The position numbers and the translations under genes are program-made. A stretch of 52,068 bases of DNA from Corallochytrium limacisporum Hawaii (lineage: Eukaryota > Protista > Pluriformea). The first letter of the stretch is position 1. The number at the start of each line of letters is the position of its first letter. This document shows, in pieces, positions 44,465 through 52,068 of this stretch. The notes under the pieces were generated by a model that made no database searches, was not told the DNA's origin, and saw only the letters and a program-made list of their open reading frames with translations. Location: NCBI GenBank assembly GCA_002811645.1, contig PDIP01000062.1, positions 33,965 through 86,032 of the forward strand, read 5' to 3'.

Positions 44465-44629
44465 CGGATGAAATGAGTGATCGAAGAATCAGAGCGGACA
44501 CAGACAGGCGAACGGCAGGTTTTCATGCAAGTAAATAATACTACATTCTAATGTCACAAACGGATAATTTGATGTTGAGCTTTCCTTTCATGAAACACGT
44601 GTGATTGTCGAGCACACTCTGATGCTCCA

Positions 44630-46093
44630 TTAGTAGATACCCGGGAAGATGTAGTAAGGCACCAGCTTCTTGTACTCGTCCCAGTACTTGCCATACTTGG
44701 CATGGCAGCGCTTGTCGTCCCGGTAGCTGCGGTGGATCAGCAAGATGGTCATGAAGACGATGTAGAAGTATGGGTAAAGTGAGTCAAAGCCGCAGCACAA
44801 GCACATGGCAGTGGACAGGATCAGGTCACCGACGTAGTTAAAGTGACGGCTCCAGCCCCAGAAGCCACTGTAGAGCAGACTGCTCTCCCGGATCTTGCCG
44901 TCCTTTGTGGTGTAGGTCACCTTCAGGCCCTTTGCGGGGCCATCAAAGAAACTGCAGTTGCCCTTGGTGCGACGGAAGGTGTCCTTCTGCCAGTTCACGG
45001 CACGGAAAATGCCGTAGCCGAGGAAACCCATACCCAGGATGGCAAAGAAGTAAGGAGTGTGCCAGCGGATCGGATGGTAGGCAAGGTAGCGTTCTTGCAG
45101 AGTGTACATGAAGGGCAGCCAGTTGGAGTCTCCCCAGGCAAGCATAAAGCCGAGACGGTCGTGCGCAACGTCAATGGTGGACAGGTACCATTCCTCATAG
45201 TAGAAGAAGTCGATGATGTAGACCAGGTGGAGAGTCAGAGCAATGAACATACCCTCGCTGAGGCCCTCCTCAGGAAATTCCCGCAATTGACGGAACATAT
45301 AGCTAAACGCAAACAGAGACCATGCGCCCATACCAAGATACGAGTTGTGGAAGGTCTTGTAGTCGAAGAGGGAATCGGGCGAAGGCCTGGGATGAAGTTC
45401 AGAACCGAGGAAGAGATCGTTGAAGATCTCGCCAAAGCGGGTGTCCACGGGCCAGGTCGGGTTGGTCCGCGCCTTGACCTGAATGAGCGCACTGACCACA
45501 AGACCGTAGAGAGAAGAGGTGATCAGGTAGGATCCCATGTAGTCGCAGAGCATGGCACCGTCCCACAGCTTTTGGTAGTGTCCGACGAAGAACAGGAAGT
45601 GGGTGACAACCCACATGGTCAGACCATTGATCTTGTACGTCGGGATGATACCGCCAGGAGTAGGGGGTCCCTGGCAAATGCGTCCGGGCATGAGGCTCGA
45701 GTGCCACAGCACGCACCAAACGAACCATCCGGCAAACAAAGCAGCGCCCTGCCACTGGAACTCAGTCACAAAACTCTGGATCAGGCCAGTGCTGGCCTTG
45801 GTCGGGTCCTCGGAGAATGCAGAGAAAAACTGCTTGCCTCCCTCAAGGGTGCCCAGAGCTGCAGCGGCAATATCACCGTTGTACTCAGGATCGGCCCGGA
45901 GGAAGACAAAGAGCACAATCTGCACACTGACCATGAACGACAGCACCAAGGCACCCGGGATCTGAGCACTTTCGTTGTGTTCGTAGCTCTTCATGCTATT
46001 GGCACTCTTCGCTGGGGTGCTGGTCTTTGTCGCTGCCGGACTAGCAGCATTCTTCCTCTGGCGGGCCGGCGACGCGGTTGGACGAGGCGCCAT
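44630..46093 (-). CDS. DHCR7: 7-dehydrocholesterol reductase (ERG4/ERG24 sterol reductase family)
   Basis: GPPTPGG..YKINGL, GSELHPR, EEWYLSTIDVAHDRLGFMLAWGD..WLPFMYTLQ, LLYSGFWGWSRHFNYVGDL, LLIHR..RDDKRCHAKYG..W..Y...VPY. Confidence 0.9.
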   Translation of the reverse strand: MAPRPTASPARQRKNAASPAATKTSTPAKSANSMKSYEHNESAQIPGALVLSFMVSVQIVLFVFLRADPEYNGDIAAAALGTLEGGKQFFSAFSEDPTKASTGLIQSFVTEFQWQGAALFAGWFVWCVLWHSSLMPGRICQGPPTPGGIIPTYKINGLTMWVVTHFLFFVGHYQKLWDGAMLCDYMGSYLITSSLYGLVVSALIQVKARTNPTWPVDTRFGEIFNDLFLGSELHPRPSPDSLFDYKTFHNSYLGMGAWSLFAFSYMFRQLREFPEEGLSEGMFIALTLHLVYIIDFFYYEEWYLSTIDVAHDRLGFMLAWGDSNWLPFMYTLQERYLAYHPIRWHTPYFFAILGMGFLGYGIFRAVNWQKDTFRRTKGNCSFFDGPAKGLKVTYTTKDGKIRESSLLYSGFWGWSRHFNYVGDLILSTAMCLCCGFDSLYPYFYIVFMTILLIHRSYRDDKRCHAKYGKYWDEYKKLVPYYIFPGIY

Positions 46094-46574
46094 TTTGGAT
46101 ATCTTACAGTGGGGATCAAAGAACTATATTTGACTTCCACTTAATTGGACGTGTTCTCTCTAAGTCTTTTGAGTGATGACTGGGATTTCTTTGAACACCT
46201 TGCTGGCGCTTTCGCACAGACGGCCTTCTGCTTCACGCATTGGCACCGTAGCCATCGGAAAAGCCACGGTCATGTTTTTCCTTTTTCCCTGTTGCTTGCG
46301 TATCTCCGTTGCCATTTTCCTCCCCCTCCATCAGCCATCGTCGCTATAGAATTCATCGCAAAAAAAAATCACACTCCTTTTTGCCCCCGCCTGCCTCACC
46401 TCTGAAAGGAGGAGAACCCGAACGTGGGGCCAGCCAGTTTCCCAAGAAAACTCTCACCAGGCGGTGAGGAGACAGCAGTACAACGATGAAATGAACGACT
46501 CCCCAAAGCCAAATCCGAACCCAACCGCTCTCTCACAGAGGAAGAAGAAACCAACCCCAAAGGTCCAACCACTC

Positions 46575-46616
46575 GCGTGTGCGCGCACGCGCGCGTGTGT
46601 GTGTGTGTGTGTGTGT
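46575..46616. repeat. (GC)/(GT)n alternating purine-pyrimidine microsatellite
   Basis: gcgtgtgcgcgcacgcgcgcgtgtgtgtgtgtgtgtgtgtgt upstream of DHCR7. Confidence 0.85.
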
Positions 46617-47283
46617 TGTGTCCCTGTGCTGCCTTTTGTCTGTGTGCCGTCTTTTGTCCGGCGCGGTGTTCCTCACACTTCGTGCTCGCCATTTAACCTC
46701 GTTAATCCCCCCTTCCCCCGCTCTTTTCCTCCCGGGTTTTACCCGCCATTTCCCCTCCCCCGTGGGGGTCCGGTGCCCATTGCTCCGGCGCGGGGGGAGG
46801 AGGAGGAAAGCCGGGAAGGGCGGGAAGGGTTGGTTTTGTTCATTTTGCACTCTCCCCCTTCCTCCCTCCCCCCCCCTCCCTCTCCTTCCCTTCGTCCGGT
46901 ATGTTCTCCAAACGCGGCAGGAAATCGTACGTTTGGCCTAAACAAGGAAACGCCCCATTTTGGTTTCAGCCAATCAACGCTTCAGTGCTGGGACTGTAGT
47001 GGTAGGGGACCCGCTGGTATTACACGAGGACGGCACGTTGGGAGATGGATGAGACCGCGGATACGGCGGGGACCGAACAAGGTCTTTTTACAATCCTTGT
47101 CCATACAAGCCGCACACACACTGGCACCCGTGAAACAGCCATGCCGGCGAGGCAGGCTGGCCTTAGGCTGGCCGGAAGGCAAGCGGGAAACATGCCCACA
47201 GCTCGCCGGATCGTACACATGACACTACGAACTGGTTTTGCAAGATTGATGTTTTACGTTTCAATGTTTTACTTATACGATAC

Positions 47284-50200
47284 TTAACTTGGTGGGGACG
47301 GATGCTTTAAAGGACATGTGTTCGCTGGCTTTCGAGTCTCACCGGGAGTGCTCCCGTCCTGGAATGTGACGGCAACATGGTCTCCCCTTGCACCCCTGGG
47401 ACTGTTGTCTCTACTGTTGTCGTAGTAATCGTCCTCCATATAGGACAACTCATCCTCCTCTGGCCAGTCCAGGTCCTCCATGTCCAGTAGACCGGGAGTG
47501 ACGGCGTCGCAGCCACCAGCATCCAGGTTACACACATCTTGCCGCGGCACACGCTCCACGTAAAAGTCGCCTACTAGATCCACAGTGTGGATGCCGCCTG
47601 CGAACAAAGGCACGCGCACCGGACCATCACCGCCTGCGGTGGTATCAATTGCGCGACCGAGATGAACGCTGCCCTCTCCTAAGCGACGCTTAGGTTTAGG
47701 TGTTTGGAACACGCCGTGAGCCTTGCTCGAGGCAATGGTTAAGGCAAAGCGGAAGGACTGCTGACGCACGTAGTCAAGGCCGGAGTAGAGCATGTGTACA
47801 CGGACGGTGAATGGTTCGGTATCGAGGTCTTTCATGAACTTGCCACGGGCCGCAACACCGTCACCGTCTAACATCAAGAACATACCTTCCTTGTGGCCGA
47901 CGCCGGCTATCTTGCGCACTTGATCAAAGTCACGGATTTCAACCCGAGCGTCCTGGCTCATAACCGCAGGCATGCTCATGGCATAATCGTCCCCAATTTG
48001 GCTCTGAATGGGAGCCAGGCTGGTGTCATCCATAGTGGGAACATCCAGATTTGAGTTCTCAGCTTGGGTGGGTATTTCACTTAGAGTGCTATCGAGATGA
48101 GCGACATCACGGTTCCGCTTGTTCTTCTTCTTCTTCTTTCTTTGCGATGCCTTGTTCTTCAACTGCACCAGCGCACCAACCTTCAGATCCGAGGCGCCCG
48201 GTACGTGGTAGCCATAGATGACGTCCACACGGCAGTTCTTTATGGTTACCACAATTTCATAGCCCAGAATTGAGGCATTGACCAACCGATCAAGATTCTG
48301 TGGCGCCAGTGAAGGCACAATGGTACTAATGGGCTCAGTAGGTGGTTCCAATTCAGTCTCCTCATCCATTTCGTGGGTTTGATCCTGACTCTCTGCTACC
48401 TTAGGCTCGCCTTCGTCCTTAATCTTCTGTAACCCCACCTCTAAGGACTCAGCTCGGGGGGGGCTGAGCGTTCGCATCTGCTTCTCCGGGAGCGTAGAGT
48501 CGTTCCCGTTTAGTGACACTAGTCCTCCCTGCTGTGACCGGACGCTCGGTGTACGCTGGACACCTGGCCGAGGGCTAGGTGCCCTCGGACTAGGTGCCCT
48601 CGGACTTGTTCCTCTGGAACCGGTACCCCTAGGACTGGGCCCTCTTGAACCGGCCCCTCTGGGGCTGGGTGCCACCTGGTTGGTACCCTTGGGGGTGTAA
48701 CCCTCAGATCTGGCCGATACCTGAGACGGAACAGCGGACAATGCAAGCGGAACCGCCGTCTGGAGAGGATCCACCCAGTCGGTGGGCAAAGGAATGCGAA
48801 GGGTGAACTCGGCGTACACTGGGCGGTGGTCACTCGAACGAACTGTCTCACAGCTACCGTACTCATCACACTGTACCTCAATACCCTCCCTTGCACTCCA
48901 GAGCACACGATCGCACCAGGCAGGGATGCGGGCTGATTTTTCATCGTAGAAATCACTGTCACGATTGAACTTGTAGGTAGGTGCAAAGTCTATGGCAGCC
49001 TCCTGGAATCCATACCATGCTTGGCCGCTTTGACGCACCTTGTTGAGTTGATCGTGTTCCTGAATTTCGGACCATTGGCCTCTGCCCAGGCGCACTCTTG
49101 TGTTCAGTTCCTTGACCTCGTCGAATCCAACTTGGTCAATGCGATAGTTGAGATCACCCATGAAAAAGGTGCAAGCGTGCAGCAGGCGAGTCGGGCGCCA
49201 ATCCCAGTTGGGCAGGCGCAGCTTGTGGATTATTTGATAGTAATCGTTATTACGTTCTGCAACCTTCTCCTGGTGTGCAGCTAAATGCGCACCAATAAAG
49301 CACAGAGTTTGGCCCATCACCTTGATGCTAATAGCAATTCCACCCTTGTTGTAACCTACGCCACCCAATAGGCCCGTCTTCACCAGATTGGTATGAATGG
49401 TACCAATCCATGGTACTAAGAAACTTGTGGCAAATATCACTAGTCGAATACCTGCCGTTTCCTGTACCCTATCGCGCACGTCCACACCGGGGATCCAGCT
49501 AACCAAACTTTTACCGCCATTCGCGTACTTCTTTTGACGGGTCACGTCGTCGTCAAGGTCCTGTTGCTGACCCAAAATGGTCAATGTCTTCACCAGCCGG
49601 TAGTCATCACCTAACCCTTTCATCAAGGCCCCCATCAAGTTCTTTTCCATCGAGGGATGACTGTAGGTGGCCTCCTGCAGTGCAATACATACCAAGTCTG
49701 CGGAGGTGCCGAGCCAGTCGCGCAGATTCTGCGACGGCTCTGCATTGCCCATGTTCCATGTACCGCAAAAAATTGTCAATGGATAGCACTGAACGCCCTG
49801 CTCGCCATTCTCTCTGAACCCTGCTTCTCGTCCCATTGATGCGCCTTTGTTGTCAATGTATGAAGTGTCATTAACAGCGTCTGTGCCACGCAAAAATGAA
49901 GGATCCGTACCCTTCATACTGTCTGCGACGTCTTTGGCGGCGTTGCTGTCGAGAGCATGGGCCCAAGTTTTGTTGGGGATCATTGCGTTGGCTGCAATCT
50001 GGGTATCGCTGTCTGAGGGAACGGCCTGCATTCCATTGAGACCCATACGGAGCAGTTTGCGCTGTTGCTGTACCAATCTCGCCATTACAGCTTTGTCCCT
50101 TTCCCGTGCCTGCTTTAGGGTGAAGATGGTAACATCCTGCACCCGTAGATCGCTGGTGATGGAATCAATACTAGTGTGCAAATTGTCCAACTCTGCCAAA

Positions 50201-50967
50201 CCCGTGTCCTCCCATTGCATCAACGTTGGTGCCGAGCTCAATCGACGATTTGCCAGTGCAAATAGATGCCCTTCAAACATACGCAGCGGCCGCGTGATCT
50301 TGAACATCAGTGCAGCGAAAACGCCAATGGTGATACACACCTGAATGAAGAGGGCAAGAATGCGCCCAATAATTTCAATGGTGTCATCGTCGGAATCCTT
50401 GGCTGATACGAAACCAGAGATCATGAAGAAAAAGAAGAACACGCAAGTCCACACAATCATTAGCCGGTTGGTGTTCCACTGAACACAGGACAGACAGCGA
50501 CAGAATACAAGATCATCGCAACATCCTCCACAGCACCCAGTTCCGGTGTAAGATCCCTTGGTTTTGGCAAGCGCAGGATTCTGGCCTGTTGCCCGCAAAT
50601 AATCTGCTGCATCTAGAGTCGGCCGTTGCTCCATTCCCAGAGCGTACAAGTCCTCCTGGGTTAGTGCCTGCAGATCGGGTTGACTTGACACTCCCGGATG
50701 CGTGCCACTTGAAACCTGTCCTGTTGTTTCCTGGTACCGTGCGCGTACCGGAGTGGGAGGCATTTGTACAGTATTCGACTGCTTTCTTGCTCGCTCCCTA
50801 TTGCCATTCTGCGCGTCCGGCAGAACTGACATGGGGATATTTTGATCCAGCTCTGCCATTCCGTGGGGCAGTTCAAATTTCGTTATATGATGGGGTAACA
50901 ATTTCTCGTTTTGGTCCTTACCATTGCCCGTGGGACTCTCGTTACTGCTGCCCGACGACGAAGCCAT
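47284..50967 (-). CDS. Membrane-anchored SHIP-like inositol polyphosphate 5-phosphatase: 2TM-HAMP-coiled coil-IPPc-C2
   Basis: IPPc motifs IFCGTWNMGNAEP, ALQE, NKGG, AHLAAH, FMGDLNYRI, PTYKF, PAWCDRVLW, SSDHRPV (~48790-49790). C-terminal C2-like region. N-terminal two TMs followed by a HAMP-like segment. Confidence 0.88.
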   Translation of the reverse strand: MASSSGSSNESPTGNGKDQNEKLLPHHITKFELPHGMAELDQNIPMSVLPDAQNGNRERARKQSNTVQMPPTPVRARYQETTGQVSSGTHPGVSSQPDLQALTQEDLYALGMEQRPTLDAADYLRATGQNPALAKTKGSYTGTGCCGGCCDDLVFCRCLSCVQWNTNRLMIVWTCVFFFFFMISGFVSAKDSDDDTIEIIGRILALFIQVCITIGVFAALMFKITRPLRMFEGHLFALANRRLSSAPTLMQWEDTGLAELDNLHTSIDSITSDLRVQDVTIFTLKQARERDKAVMARLVQQQRKLLRMGLNGMQAVPSDSDTQIAANAMIPNKTWAHALDSNAAKDVADSMKGTDPSFLRGTDAVNDTSYIDNKGASMGREAGFRENGEQGVQCYPLTIFCGTWNMGNAEPSQNLRDWLGTSADLVCIALQEATYSHPSMEKNLMGALMKGLGDDYRLVKTLTILGQQQDLDDDVTRQKKYANGGKSLVSWIPGVDVRDRVQETAGIRLVIFATSFLVPWIGTIHTNLVKTGLLGGVGYNKGGIAISIKVMGQTLCFIGAHLAAHQEKVAERNNDYYQIIHKLRLPNWDWRPTRLLHACTFFMGDLNYRIDQVGFDEVKELNTRVRLGRGQWSEIQEHDQLNKVRQSGQAWYGFQEAAIDFAPTYKFNRDSDFYDEKSARIPAWCDRVLWSAREGIEVQCDEYGSCETVRSSDHRPVYAEFTLRIPLPTDWVDPLQTAVPLALSAVPSQVSARSEGYTPKGTNQVAPSPRGAGSRGPSPRGTGSRGTSPRAPSPRAPSPRPGVQRTPSVRSQQGGLVSLNGNDSTLPEKQMRTLSPPRAESLEVGLQKIKDEGEPKVAESQDQTHEMDEETELEPPTEPISTIVPSLAPQNLDRLVNASILGYEIVVTIKNCRVDVIYGYHVPGASDLKVGALVQLKNKASQRKKKKKNKRNRDVAHLDSTLSEIPTQAENSNLDVPTMDDTSLAPIQSQIGDDYAMSMPAVMSQDARVEIRDFDQVRKIAGVGHKEGMFLMLDGDGVAARGKFMKDLDTEPFTVRVHMLYSGLDYVRQQSFRFALTIASSKAHGVFQTPKPKRRLGEGSVHLGRAIDTTAGGDGPVRVPLFAGGIHTVDLVGDFYVERVPRQDVCNLDAGGCDAVTPGLLDMEDLDWPEEDELSYMEDDYYDNSRDNSPRGARGDHVAVTFQDGSTPGETRKPANTCPLKHPSPPS
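48568..48673 (-). repeat. Coding tandem repeat giving five SPR motifs
   Basis: Encodes APSPRGAGSRGPSPRGTGSRGTSPRAPSPRAPSPR (30- and 15-nt units). Confidence 0.85.
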
Positions 50968-52068
50968 GTTTTCAGGTATTTACTTAATACTCCATGTTGA
51001 CTCTATTTTCTAGGTTCTACATTTTCCTGTCCAGGTCTACTTCTGACACTTGGACACGTTTATATTGTTCTCGTTTTACAAGCCCTTAAATATGATGACT
51101 TCTCTCGTCAGTTTTTGTACCCTGAAATGGTTCAAAGTCGTGGCGATGCCAAGGAATTTCCATTATCACAGACCTGTTCGAATGAGAACTGTCTGTTGGC
51201 CCATTGTGACCTTTCAAGCTCTGCAGTGGCTAAATGCCATGAATATATTTTGGAACCAAGCTACTGGAACCTTACCAGTAGCCCATTACTGCCTGAGACC
51301 TTGGAACCGCAATGCTCTCTTCGGCGGGCTCAGTGTGGCCGGTCGTACGTTCCCAACTGGTGTCGCGGGGTGACAACACACGCCCCAACGAAAGACCCAT
51401 ACTGCCACTGCCGAGCTTTGGCGGGGGACCGATCCTGGGTGCCCCTGCAATTTTCAAACTTTTTTTTTTCCTTTCCTCTTAGCGCGCCGCTGTCGTGTCT
51501 CATTTCATTTTGAACCTGCCTTCCTACGCGCGTCCTGGGTGAAGAAACGTACAGACATGTCGAAGCACATGTGTATGAGGAATGCCTACTTAATGTATTA
51601 TTGTTTATACCTCCCACCTATGCGAAATCCGCTGAAAAAATGGCGGACGGAAGAAGGGATGACCCGAAGGAAGGGGCCTGAGGGAGATGGGCGGGGCACG
51701 TCGAAGACCCGCGGGCGCGGGGGCTAAAAATGGGATCTGCACGCAGAACCCGCAAAAAAAAAGAAACTGAGCGGAGGGTGTGTTTTGTTGAAATCTCTGT
51801 CTATTTGTGCGCCGATCTTTGGAACCCGAATCAAAGGAACCATAGCAAAACTGTAAGCATGCGCCAAACATGTGTAGCCAAGAGCACTGTGATAGGAACG
51901 GGAGTTTCCCTTGAAATTGCCATCGAATGGGGAAGGTGGGCCACTTCAGTACTCTGTCTCGTAATGAGAGTGGACACTACCACCCTCTGTCTGAGAATAT
52001 TGTATCAAATCTACTCATTTTGATTTAGCTCTGCCGTCGCTTGGGAGAGCGGGAAAATTTTGACAGAT

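Noticed and set aside
27571-44552. TCTAAT/CCTAAT downstream of Ral, Nudix, BMT2, lipase and DET1 as a 3'-end signal
   Set aside because: Also present in upstream regions (~12542, ~20589) and not found after most minus-strand genes; too short to support without statistics.
44843-46144. 433-aa ORF antisense to DHCR7
   Set aside because: Mirrors the sense frame of a strongly codon-biased gene; no motifs and a GTG start. A typical antisense shadow ORF.
46464-47222. 252-aa ORF upstream of DHCR7
   Set aside because: Runs through a (GT)n microsatellite and C-tracts; no recognisable domain.
1-52068. tRNA, rRNA, snRNA genes or intact transposons
   Set aside because: None recognised by eye; no transposase, RT or integrase motifs. 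tRNAscan-SE/Infernal would be needed to exclude small RNAs.

Overview
Eukaryotic genomic DNA, with no operons, CRISPR array or recognisable RNA genes. It is gene-dense, with 16 protein-coding genes whose CDSs all read as single uninterrupted ORFs. The gene content (Ral GTPase, SHIP-like 5-phosphatase, ABHD16A and DET1, plus ACL4 and BMT2) and the intronless CDSs suggest an intron-poor unicellular holozoan, possibly Corallochytrium-like; this is an inference. Housekeeping genes: Ctr copper transporter, ACL4, BUB3, PRMT7, Ral, a Nudix hydrolase, BMT2, ABHD16A, DET1, DHCR7 and one orphan membrane protein. Four genes have unusual architectures. (1) A receptor-like protein, 2TM-HAMP-coiled coil-inositol polyphosphate 5-phosphatase-C2 (47284-50967); this is the best candidate for an undescribed signalling system. 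(2) A TMEM181/Wntless-like membrane domain fused to a split class-3 lipase (35876-40642). (3) A type II surface protein with cytosolic PPxY motifs, two ricin-type lectin trefoils and a bacterial-type beta-helix carbohydrate-active domain (7412-10738). (4) A CDP-alcohol phosphotransferase embedded in ~1300 aa of predicted disordered sequence (13872-18881). Non-coding features: candidate introns sit just upstream of many start codons (5'UTR-only introns), upstream regions are G/C-homopolymer and microsatellite islands, convergent genes nearly abut, and 1.6-2.8 kb looks like a decayed ankyrin-repeat gene. All family assignments come from motif recognition by eye; no database search was run.
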